DNA of 64,000 nucleotides from Planctomycetota bacterium (GTDB lineage Bacteria > Planctomycetota > PLA2): positions 5,523 through 69,522 of the forward strand of contig JAJFFH010000049.1 in the NCBI GenBank assembly GCA_021776735.1, written 5' to 3'. Below the pieces are notes generated by a model, which was not told the DNA's origin, made no database searches, and worked only from the letters and a program-made list of their open reading frames with translations. Positions within the stretch are counted from its first letter, which is position 1. Each line of letters starts with the position of its first letter. The position numbers and the translations under genes are program-made. Below, in pieces: positions 45,851 through 54,138 of this stretch.

Positions 45851-46914
45851 GCGCGCGGCGCAGGATTCTCTATGTGATCCCGTCGTTCGAGGCGGGGGGG
45901 GCGGAAGCCCAGGTCGTCGAGCACCTCCGTCGTCTACCGCGCGACCGCTTCTCGCTGGAGCTCGCGCTGTGCCGCCGCACGGGCCGCCACTTGGCGAACG
46001 TGCCGGATGACGTCGCGATCCATGGTCTGGGAGGGGGGCGGGGGCCGTGGCACTTGCCGTTTCGCGTGCGCCGGCTGCGGCGCCTGATGCGCGAGACGCG
46101 TCCCGACATCGTCGTGAGCCACCTTTGGTACGCCGACCTCCTGAGCCTGCTGGCCGGCGGTCTCGCGCGTCGCGTCTGCGTGCTGCACGCCGATCACGCT
46201 GCCGAGCTGTCGTCCCTGCGGCGCCGCCAGCGTCTCGGACTGCGCTTGACCGAGCGGTTGTACCGGCGCGCGGACGTCTTGGTCGGTCCGCCGTGGATCA
46301 TGTCGCGCTACGGCGGTGGCGCCACTCTCGGACTGCAAAACGGCATCGACCCCCGCAATCTGACCGCGCGTGCCCGTGCCGCTCCGCCGCCGGAGTGGCC
46401 CGGGCCGGGTCTGCGGCTGATGGCGATGGGACGACTGCATCCCGTCAAGGGCTTTGACGTGTTACTGGACGCGCTGGTGCTCGCACGCCAGCGCGGGTTG
46501 ACCGCGTCGCTGCTTGTCGCGGGCGAGGGACAGGAACGGACGGCGATGTCTGTGCGAGCGAAACGGCTCGGCGGCGTAGCCTTGCCGGGCTACTTGACCA
46601 ACCCCTATCCCGCTCTGGCGCATGCCGACGTATTCGTGCTCTCGTCGCGATCCGAATGCATGGCGACCGTCGTAAGCGAAGCGCTCGCGCTCGGAACCCC
46701 GGTCCTTGCCACACCGTGCGCGGCCCGCCATCTTGACGGCGCCGGTGTGGTCGTGCCGGCCGAAGATTCCGCGGCGCTCGCACAGGCGCTGCTGGACTTG
46801 GCCGCGTCGCCGGAGCAGCGCGCGGCGTTGGCCGAACGCGGGCGCGCCCGGGTGGAGCAGTTCGGTTGGGACCACGTCCTGCCGCAACTCGTGGAACTCT
46901 ACGAGTCGCTGTAG
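45847..46914 (+). CDS. GT4-family glycosyltransferase
   Basis: N-terminal ILYVIPSFEAGGAE. C-terminal GT4 EX7E region (SSRSECMATVVSEALALGTPVLAT). Confidence 0.85.
   Translation: MSARRRILYVIPSFEAGGAEAQVVEHLRRLPRDRFSLELALCRRTGRHLANVPDDVAIHGLGGGRGPWHLPFRVRRLRRLMRETRPDIVVSHLWYADLLSLLAGGLARRVCVLHADHAAELSSLRRRQRLGLRLTERLYRRADVLVGPPWIMSRYGGGATLGLQNGIDPRNLTARARAAPPPEWPGPGLRLMAMGRLHPVKGFDVLLDALVLARQRGLTASLLVAGEGQERTAMSVRAKRLGGVALPGYLTNPYPALAHADVFVLSSRSECMATVVSEALALGTPVLATPCAARHLDGAGVVVPAEDSAALAQALLDLAASPEQRAALAERGRARVEQFGWDHVLPQLVELYESL
46535..46552 (-). repeat. Dispersed motif copy inside the GT4 coding sequence (encodes E-R-T-A-M-S)
   Basis: AACGGACGGCGATGTCT. Confidence 0.65.
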
Positions 46915-48095
46915 CCGGCACGCGCGCCCGCGAGGACCATCAAGGTCACGAGCACCGACGCAAGGTTCAGCCCCGAGCCGAGGCAGTAGATCGGGATGAT
47001 CCACAGGGCGAGGAACATGGCCCGGTCGTTGGAGACACCGGCGCCGGAGAGCCAGACGGCGCGCAGGGTCGCTGCGGCGACAAGCATGAACAGGAGCGCG
47101 CCGATCACGCCGAGTTCGGCGAGAAGCCGGGGCGCGAACTGGTCGAGGCTGCGGATCCGCTGGTGGAACGCGAACCGTCGCGGCTCCCAGGGATCACGCT
47201 CATACAGCGGACTGTCGGTGCGCAGCGCGATGACCCCGCCGAACCGGCCCGGGCCCGCGCCCACGGCGCGATGGTCGCGCCAAACCGCCAGGGCGCGCGC
47301 GCGGGCATAGGCACGAAACGAGGGCTTGATCTGCGCCCCCGCCCCCCCCTTTTGCGGTTCTTGTTGCTGTTCTTGCAACGTGAAGCTGAACGTCGCGGCG
47401 AGAAAGGTCGCGGAGACGAGGACCGGTATCCACATCCAGCGCCGCCGGCACAACAAGAAAGCACCGAGCACTGTCGCAGCGGCGTGAACCATACGCGAAC
47501 CGGAGCAAAGGGCGGCGCCGTAGAGCAGCGCGATGCCGGCGTGCGGACGTGTCGTGCGCGCCGTCTCCATGAGAAAAAACGCGATAACATAGAGTCCCAT
47601 CTCGTTGGGATGGGACATGAGGCCGGAGACGCGGTACACACCGAAACGGCGCATGCCCGGGGCGCCGGCGACGAGACGGACGACTTCCTCGCCCAGTGTG
47701 CAGGCGGCGGCGAGCATCGCGACGAGGCGCAGGACGCCATACGCGCGGTGAAACCAGACCCGGTCGCCGCAGAGCACCGCGGCCATCCAGAAAAACAAGA
47801 ACGCCTTGAGGTAGTCGAATGTGCCGAGTGCCGTGATCCAAAGCGGGACTTCGTTCGCGAGACCCGACACGAGGCAGGCGCTGCCGAGTGCGGCGACCGC
47901 GACGGCAAACGCTCGCTCGCCCGCGAAGGCGGTCCGGCGCCGCCGAAGGATGGCCGCGAGGGGCAGCGCCGCAACGAGCAGGATTTCTTCCGCCCACGGA
48001 AGGCCGATGCGTCGTTGAAACGGCAGAAAGACGAGCAAGACGAGAAGAGCCGCGCGCGCAACTGGAAAGGCGTATCGGGCGCCGGCATTCAACAA
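46899..48095 (-). CDS. O-antigen ligase/polymerase-like (Wzy/WaaL family) membrane protein
   Basis: Multi-TM. HPNEMGLYVIAFFLME-like loop. TTG start assumed at the stop of the upstream gene; the 5' 120 codons of the ORF are junk. Confidence 0.65.
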   Translation of the reverse strand: MLNAGARYAFPVARAALLVLLVFLPFQRRIGLPWAEEILLVAALPLAAILRRRRTAFAGERAFAVAVAALGSACLVSGLANEVPLWITALGTFDYLKAFLFFWMAAVLCGDRVWFHRAYGVLRLVAMLAAACTLGEEVVRLVAGAPGMRRFGVYRVSGLMSHPNEMGLYVIAFFLMETARTTRPHAGIALLYGAALCSGSRMVHAAATVLGAFLLCRRRWMWIPVLVSATFLAATFSFTLQEQQQEPQKGGAGAQIKPSFRAYARARALAVWRDHRAVGAGPGRFGGVIALRTDSPLYERDPWEPRRFAFHQRIRSLDQFAPRLLAELGVIGALLFMLVAAATLRAVWLSGAGVSNDRAMFLALWIIPIYCLGSGLNLASVLVTLMVLAGARAGYSDS

Positions 48096-49246
48096 CGGGC
48101 TGCCTCGAGGATCGCGACGAGCTGTTTCGTGAAGCGCGCCGGATCGCATTCGCCTGCGATGAAGGCGCGCCCTCGCGCACCCAGTTCGCGGGCTCGATCT
48201 GCGCCGAGCGACTGGAGTGCCTGGGCGAGCGCGTTGGCGTCGCCCGCCGGGAACAGGAGCCCGCGCTCGTCCGTCCCGATGAGTTCGGGTAGGCCGCCGA
48301 GGTTGCCGGCGACGACCGGGAGGCCCATGGCGAACGCCTCCAGCACCGAGTTCGGGCAGTTTTCGAACCCGATCGAAGGCACGACTTCCGCGCGCCAGTG
48401 GACCCGTTCGCCGGCAAGCGCTTCCGGCCCGAGCCGTCCCAGAAGCGTGACGTTGGACGGCCAATCAAGACGGAGCGGACCGTCGCCTGCAATTCGAAAG
48501 GAGAGTTCGGGGGCGCGGCTGGCGGCATCGCGCAGTACATGAACGCCCTTTTCCTCGGACAGCCGGCCGGCGAAACCGAAGACCGCCGCTTCCCCCGGAG
48601 TGCCCGGCGCGACCAGGGGCACGGGATTGCGGAGCAGGCGAACAGGATGAGCAAAGCCCATCGAGGCGACCTTGTCGATCAGGAATCGGCTGGGCGCGAG
48701 AAACGTCTTCACCGTGCCAAGACGGCGCCGCTCGCGCCGCGCCGACCACGCGAGCACAAGGCCGCGGGCACGCGAGCCGCCGCACGCGTGCAAAAACGCG
48801 TTCCGAAACCGTCCGTCCGCGCAGGCCTCGCACAGCGAGCCGTTGCGCAGCAGGGTGTGCGCGGGACAGACCACGCGCATGTCGTGCAGGAACAGGACCA
48901 CGGGAATACGGCGTGCCGCAAGTTCGTCCAGCAGGCCAGGGAGACCGAGCTGGTGGTACGCGTTGTGGATCAACGCGACGTCCGGGCGCGCCGCGTCCAG
49001 CAGCCGGCGCAGGGGACGCCGCACGCCATAGCCGAGCGCGCGGGTCGCCGCGCGGAGCGACGGACGGTCGTGACCTACCGGCGTCAAAAAAAACGGGTCC
49101 CAACGCGACGGCTCGTTTCGCGGATCGTGCATCGAGAACGGGATGACCTCGTGGTCCTTGGCCGAGAGCAGGGCCGCCATGCGCAGCATCGACGTCTCGG
49201 AGCCGCCGCGCGGGTAGTAGAACTTGTTGACGAGGAGAACGCGCAT
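48089..49246 (-). CDS. GT4-family glycosyltransferase
   Basis: Start MRVLLVNKFYYPRGGSE. C-terminal ENCPNSVLEAFAMGLPVVA. Confidence 0.85.
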   Translation of the reverse strand: MRVLLVNKFYYPRGGSETSMLRMAALLSAKDHEVIPFSMHDPRNEPSRWDPFFLTPVGHDRPSLRAATRALGYGVRRPLRRLLDAARPDVALIHNAYHQLGLPGLLDELAARRIPVVLFLHDMRVVCPAHTLLRNGSLCEACADGRFRNAFLHACGGSRARGLVLAWSARRERRRLGTVKTFLAPSRFLIDKVASMGFAHPVRLLRNPVPLVAPGTPGEAAVFGFAGRLSEEKGVHVLRDAASRAPELSFRIAGDGPLRLDWPSNVTLLGRLGPEALAGERVHWRAEVVPSIGFENCPNSVLEAFAMGLPVVAGNLGGLPELIGTDERGLLFPAGDANALAQALQSLGADRARELGARGRAFIAGECDPARFTKQLVAILEAARC

Positions 49247-49256
49247 GGTCCTGGTC

Positions 49257-50330
49257 TCACGTCCCCGGTGCGGCGTAGATCGCCTCGAGTCGATCCACGA
49301 TGCGTTCCCAGTCGTGTTCTCGGTGCGCGTACGTGCACGCGGCCGCGCCGAGTGCGTCGCGCTCGGCGTGGGAAAGCGCCGCCATCTCGCGGAGGGCCGC
49401 GACGCGTTCGTCATGTGTTCCGGCCGGACGCAGCAGACCGCGACCATCGGCGAACAGTTCACGGTGGCCCGAGATATCGGATGCGAGGCACGCCCGGCCG
49501 TGGGCCATCGCCTCGAGGCAGGCGATGGGCAGGCCTTCGATCGCGGAGAGATTCACAAACGAGTACGCGTTCGCCAGCAGCTCGTCTTTGAGCACGCCCG
49601 TGACCGTACCCGGGAAGGTGCAGTTCGCGGCGGCGCAGCCCGGCGGGGCCCGTCCGCCCCCACCCCCCCCTGCCACGACCAATCGGAGTCCCGTCCCTGC
49701 GTCGGCAAACGCATCAATCAGCGCGGGCACGCGTTTGGCCGGGGACCACCGTCCCAAGAACAGCATGTAGTCGCCGCCATCCAGCCCGTAGCGTTTGCGG
49801 ATCAGGTTCGGCGGATGCGGTGCGGCCGGCTCGACGCCGTTGGGGAGGTACTCGATGCCGTGTCGCGAGGCGAGACTGCGCGAAACGGCGAGAACGGCGT
49901 GGCTGAAACGAAGGGCGCTGCGTTCGCCGGCGCGCAGGGCACCGCGCGCGACGAAGCTCCACTTCTCGCGTTCGTAGTCCGAGGCGTGGATCGTCGTGAC
50001 GACGCGGCGTCCCGCGAGCCGCGGAAGCCCGCAAAACAGCGCAGGGCCGATCGCGTGGTAGTGCACGACATCGAAGCGGCGCGACATCGCCTCCAGCGAG
50101 CAGCGCAGCGAATGCACGCCCGCTTCGGCGTGCTTGCCGACGGGTGCATGGCGGACCAGGAGGCGTACGCCGCGGTCCGTCTTTGCGCCGCGTGCTGCGT
50201 AGGGGGCGCGCACGAACGCCGCCACGTCATGGCCGCGGTCCGCGAGACGGGTGGCGATCGACTCGACGTGCGCTTCGACTCCGCCGCGCGCCGCAGCCAG
50301 CGCGCGCAGTCCCAAGAACGCGATTCGCAT
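49257..50330 (-). CDS. GT4-family glycosyltransferase
   Basis: MRIAFLGLRALAAARGGVEAHVESIA...NLSAIEGLPIACLEAMAHGRACLAS. Confidence 0.85.
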   Translation of the reverse strand: MRIAFLGLRALAAARGGVEAHVESIATRLADRGHDVAAFVRAPYAARGAKTDRGVRLLVRHAPVGKHAEAGVHSLRCSLEAMSRRFDVVHYHAIGPALFCGLPRLAGRRVVTTIHASDYEREKWSFVARGALRAGERSALRFSHAVLAVSRSLASRHGIEYLPNGVEPAAPHPPNLIRKRYGLDGGDYMLFLGRWSPAKRVPALIDAFADAGTGLRLVVAGGGGGGRAPPGCAAANCTFPGTVTGVLKDELLANAYSFVNLSAIEGLPIACLEAMAHGRACLASDISGHRELFADGRGLLRPAGTHDERVAALREMAALSHAERDALGAAACTYAHREHDWERIVDRLEAIYAAPGT

Positions 50331-50336
50331 GGCCCG

Positions 50337-51353
50337 CTATCTGACGTGCGCGCGCGCCTTTTCGGCCAGCGTACGCAACGCGATGCGGCCCGCGCGATGG
50401 CGAATCTGGGTCTTGGCCGTGCACACCATCCAGCAGGCGTGGCAGGCGCCGGCCTCCTTGCGCGCTGCGCTCGCGTCGGGCCCGTGCCAGATGTCGTCGA
50501 AGTTGTGCTCGCGCAGGCTGCCCATGCGCAGCGAACGGACGTGGCAGGCGTGTACGGTTGCATGCGAGTCGAGGTAGAAAAACCCCTCGCCCGCGTCGCA
50601 GGGGAGCGGTCGCGTGCCGCTGGCGAGGTATTCCACGAGACGGCTCTCGAACCAGCCGCGGATCCACGCCTTGGGGCGCGCGCGCCGGAACTCCCGGCGG
50701 ATGATCGGGTTCAGGGCGTCGCGCAGCCGGCCGATGTCGGTCGGGCGAAGCTGCGACTTCCCGGGACCGAAGTAGATCGGCGAATCGGTCGCGACCGTTG
50801 TGCTGAATACGAGTCCGTGTTCGCGCGTGAACTCGTACAGCGGACGCAGGGCGTGCAGGTTTTGCTCCAGGATCGTGACGCCGATGCCGAGGTCGCGAAC
50901 GCCCAGCGAGCGGGCGAGATCGAGTGTGGCGCGCGCGCGCTCGAAGCCGCCGGGCACGCCGCGAATGGCGTCGTGCTCCTCGCCGATGGCGTCCAGCGAC
51001 ACGCGCAGGCCGATGTCGGGCGCCGTCTTGAGAATCGGCGGCAGGAGCCGCGCGATCTTGTCCGTCATGAAGCCGTGCGACGAAATGACAAGCCGCGCGC
51101 GCGGGCAGGTCGAGCGCAGGACGGCGATGATCTCGGGCAGGTCGTCGCGCAAAAACGGTTCGCCGCCGGAGACATTGATGTCGCGGAGCGAATCGGGCAG
51201 GGTTGCGTACTCGCCGGGGGCCATCTCGCCCTCGACGGGCTCCTTCCAGATGTCGCACATGACGCAACGCGCGTTGCAGTTCAGCGTGACCGCGATGACC
51301 GCCGTGCGCGGTCCGCCCTTGACCTTCACGAATCGATCGTACGGCAGCCCCAA
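50337..51353 (-). CDS. Radical SAM enzyme with C-terminal Cys cluster (SPASM/twitch-like)
   Basis: CNARCVMCDIW matches CxxxCxxC. GGEPFL. C-terminal CHACWMVC. Confidence 0.85.
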   Translation of the reverse strand: MGLPYDRFVKVKGGPRTAVIAVTLNCNARCVMCDIWKEPVEGEMAPGEYATLPDSLRDINVSGGEPFLRDDLPEIIAVLRSTCPRARLVISSHGFMTDKIARLLPPILKTAPDIGLRVSLDAIGEEHDAIRGVPGGFERARATLDLARSLGVRDLGIGVTILEQNLHALRPLYEFTREHGLVFSTTVATDSPIYFGPGKSQLRPTDIGRLRDALNPIIRREFRRARPKAWIRGWFESRLVEYLASGTRPLPCDAGEGFFYLDSHATVHACHVRSLRMGSLREHNFDDIWHGPDASAARKEAGACHACWMVCTAKTQIRHRAGRIALRTLAEKARAHVR

Positions 51354-51371
51354 CGGCCGGGCAAGCGCGTC

Positions 51372-53144
51372 TCAGACATCGAAGTCCTGGAGCCGGGCAT
51401 GGCGGGGGAAGGGTCGCGTCGGCAGGTGGCGCCGGTAGTGCGACGGACGCGCCTGCCAGGTATGTTTCTTCGGGTCTCTGCGGACGATCGCGGTGCCGAA
51501 CCGGTCCGCGGAGAAGATCGGAATCCCCGCGCGGATGCAGTCGTCGAAAAACATCGCGTCCTCGGCGGTGGGGGCTCGCCGCCACGTCACATGTTCGCTC
51601 ACCCCGGGTCGATAGGCCATGTTCGGACCTCCGCAGCCCCCGTGAACGTATCTGTATTCGCTGTCGAGGTTGATCAGGATCATCCGGCCGGTCTGTTCAA
51701 ACAGCACGGGTCGACAGGCCTTGACAATCACGCCCGCGGGGCTCGCGGCGGCGTCAAGAACGAAGTCCTCGACATAGTGGGGGCCGTACCAGTCGTCGTC
51801 ATCGATGCGGATGACGAGATGGCCGCGCGCGTGATTCGAGGCAATCTGCAGGCTCTCGCCCTTCGGCATGCGCTGGGGGGTGTGGAAGACCGTGGTCGGT
51901 ATCGACAGCTCGGCGAGACGCCGGTCCACGTCGGCGCGGTCGAAGCGGTCGCCGTGCAGCATCAGCAGGAACTCGATCCGCGGGTACGTCTGGGCGGCCA
52001 CGAGCTCGAGGATGCGCGGCAAAAACGTCGGCCGATTGGTGCAGAGCAGGAGCGACGCGAGCGGAGGCGCATCGTCAAAGGGCAGGTCCATTGCACGGGC
52101 AATCACAGCGAGGCGTCGCGCGAAACACGCGTCGCGCCAGACACGCCGCAGCCGGGCCTTGCGACACCACAGCCGGCCTTCCCGCTCGTCCGCCCACGCC
52201 GGTGCCGCCGGTGTCGCGAGCGGCCGCCCGAGGATCGAGCCGACGCGCGCGCACTCGGACTCGTTGAGGTCCTGCGTACGCGCGACCTTTTCGAGGAGCC
52301 GCCAATCGCGCGGCAACGGATCGCCGTCATGTTTCCAGGACGCCGGCGACCCCGGACCGGCGTCCCAATGGCCGATCGGGTTTTGCAGAAGCGGTTGCAC
52401 CGCCGCCGCGAGTACGGCCACTTCGCGGCCCAGCGTCTCGCGCAGGTGAGCGGCGACATCCTCGTCCGCGGCGAAACACGCGTCCGCGGCGCGGAGCGTG
52501 TCCGTCCATTCCGGGTCGGGTACGCCATCGATGGCCCAGCAGACCAGTTTCCGATGGGGGGGAAGGGGGCCCGGGGGCGGGGGGGACCGGCTCTCCACGG
52601 CCAGCAGCAACGTGGCGGCCTCGCGCGGGAGTCCCTGAGCGCTCGCCATCGCAAGAAACCAGTCGGGACCGGCGCAGGCGATTGCAGGCGCGGCCGAGTG
52701 AACCGGTTGCGACGGAAGGGCGGCGGCGGGCGCGGGCAACGCTGCGCCGTACAACGGGTTGGACTTGGATCTGCGAAACATGCGCCACGGCGCACGCAGC
52801 AACCCGACGAGATGTTCGCCGCGCCGATACGCGGGACTGCGCCGGATCGCGTCCATTTCGTCCCATGTGCGCCGCAGCTCGACGAGCATCGGCGACTCCG
52901 CGTCCACGGAATCGAGGCTAAACGGGACACGATCGAACAGGATCGGTCGCCAGGGCGCCCGACCGCCGCGCAAGAGCCGCATAACGTCAAGAGACAGCCG
53001 CAAGAGACGCCACGGCGCCCCTTGCCACCGCAAGACCGCTTCGCCCAACCGAAACCGAATCGTGCGCTTGAGCCGATCGCGCTCCGCACGAACGAGACCG
53101 ATCTGCGCCTCCAGCATTGCAGACGAAATCCGCCAACCCAGCAC
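51372..53144 (-). CDS. Two-domain glycosyltransferase (unknown N-domain + GT2 C-domain with DDDD)
   Basis: LLLCTNRPTFLPRILELVAAQTYPRIEFLLMLHGD...IRIDDDDWYGPHY is the GT2 signature. Poly-Pro linker SPPPPGPLPP. Confidence 0.8.
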   Translation of the reverse strand: MLGWRISSAMLEAQIGLVRAERDRLKRTIRFRLGEAVLRWQGAPWRLLRLSLDVMRLLRGGRAPWRPILFDRVPFSLDSVDAESPMLVELRRTWDEMDAIRRSPAYRRGEHLVGLLRAPWRMFRRSKSNPLYGAALPAPAAALPSQPVHSAAPAIACAGPDWFLAMASAQGLPREAATLLLAVESRSPPPPGPLPPHRKLVCWAIDGVPDPEWTDTLRAADACFAADEDVAAHLRETLGREVAVLAAAVQPLLQNPIGHWDAGPGSPASWKHDGDPLPRDWRLLEKVARTQDLNESECARVGSILGRPLATPAAPAWADEREGRLWCRKARLRRVWRDACFARRLAVIARAMDLPFDDAPPLASLLLCTNRPTFLPRILELVAAQTYPRIEFLLMLHGDRFDRADVDRRLAELSIPTTVFHTPQRMPKGESLQIASNHARGHLVIRIDDDDWYGPHYVEDFVLDAAASPAGVIVKACRPVLFEQTGRMILINLDSEYRYVHGGCGGPNMAYRPGVSEHVTWRRAPTAEDAMFFDDCIRAGIPIFSADRFGTAIVRRDPKKHTWQARPSHYRRHLPTRPFPRHARLQDFDV

Positions 53145-53436
53145 GCCGCCAGTGTACGGACCCCCCAGAACCTCGCTCGATCGTGAAATCCGGGCTATGG
53201 GCGGTACAATTCTGGTCTAGTTCCTCGGGATGTGTCCGTGACCCGGCATCCCGAAGGGTTGCTGGCCTACCGGTCGATTCGGGGGCTGGCGCGCCCCATT
53301 CCACGCCTTGGTCGGACGACGTGATCGGACCATCGCGGGGGTGTTGTTCGGCGGGTCAATGACCGACCGGACTAGATATCCGGGCAGCAAAGGCTAGTTC
53401 TTGTACCGAAACTCGACGAAATCTCTCCGACTCTCA

Positions 53437-53482
53437 GGGGTACTTCTCTTTGGGGTACTTGTCCTTGGGGCACTTCCCCTCC
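53437..53482 (+). repeat. Three tandem 15-nt repeats GGGG(T/C)ACTT(C/G)(T/C)C(T/C)TT in the 5' leader of the RRM gene
   Basis: GGGGTACTTCTCTTT GGGGTACTTGTCCTT GGGGCACTTCCCCTCC. About 55 nt upstream of the start codon. Confidence 0.6.
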
Positions 53483-53537
53483 CCCCGCAGCCCCCCTCCC
53501 TCTCACTCTCGGGCTCCGCCCGTGATCGAGGTGCAGC

Positions 53538-54005
53538 ATGAGCCGCGGGCACTACTCCATGGGCAAGCGGCAGCGGGACCAGGAAAAGGCCCGCAAGAAG
53601 CGGCGCAAGGCCGAGCGCCGAGCGGTCAAGCGTGAGCAGGGGCCGGCCGAAATTCCGATCTCGACGCCCGAGGATGTTACGGGCGACCTGCTTGCGGCGG
53701 AGCGCGATGTTCGGGCGCAGCGGGCGAATGCCGAGGCTGGCGCTCGCTCGATTCCGGTACGCCTGTTTGTGGGCGGACTGAGTTGGGATACGACCGATGA
53801 CAGTCTGCGCGCCGCATTCGAGCGGATCGGGGCCGTGGCGGATGCTGCGGTCGTGACTGACCGGGACAGCGGCCGTTCGCGCGGGTTCGGGTTCGTGACC
53901 ATGGCGGACCGGCGCGACGCCAAAAAGGCGATCGACGAGATGGACGGCGCCGACCTCGATGGTCGGTCGATCGTGGTCAATACGGCTACGGAAAGGCGAC
54001 GTTAG
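53538..54005 (+). CDS. RRM-type RNA-binding protein with basic N-terminal extension
   Basis: RLFVGGLSWDTTDDSLRAAFERIGAV...RGFGFVTM (RNP2/RNP1). Confidence 0.85.
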   Translation: MSRGHYSMGKRQRDQEKARKKRRKAERRAVKREQGPAEIPISTPEDVTGDLLAAERDVRAQRANAEAGARSIPVRLFVGGLSWDTTDDSLRAAFERIGAVADAAVVTDRDSGRSRGFGFVTMADRRDAKKAIDEMDGADLDGRSIVVNTATERRR

Positions 54006-54017
54006 GCTCGCCGCCGA

Positions 54018-54042
54018 GGGCGCGATCAGCGCCCGGATTTTT
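54018..54042 (+). terminator. Rho-independent terminator
   Basis: GGGCGCGATCAGCGCCC hairpin followed by GGATTTTT. Confidence 0.6.
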
Positions 54043-54138
54043 CCTCTTCCCTCTCCTGACGATGTCGTGGCGCAAAGGCCGCGATTCCGTCGGGATCGGG
54101 ACCCTATACTTCCCCCAAACGATAACGATAACCAGACG

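Noticed and set aside
25396-52585. G/C homopolymer tracts of 7-9 nt (25396, 26840, 27762, 44047, 44336, 45894, 47342, 49663, 52556, 52579) as phase-variation switches in the glycan locus
   Set aside because: At about 70% GC roughly 25-30 such tracts are expected by chance in 64 kb. The observed number is not enriched. They mostly encode Gly/Pro runs.
53150-53400. Possible tmRNA or other structured RNA in the long leader upstream of the RRM gene
   Set aside because: No tRNA-like 5'/3' ends and no tag-peptide reading frame. Only weak local hairpins.
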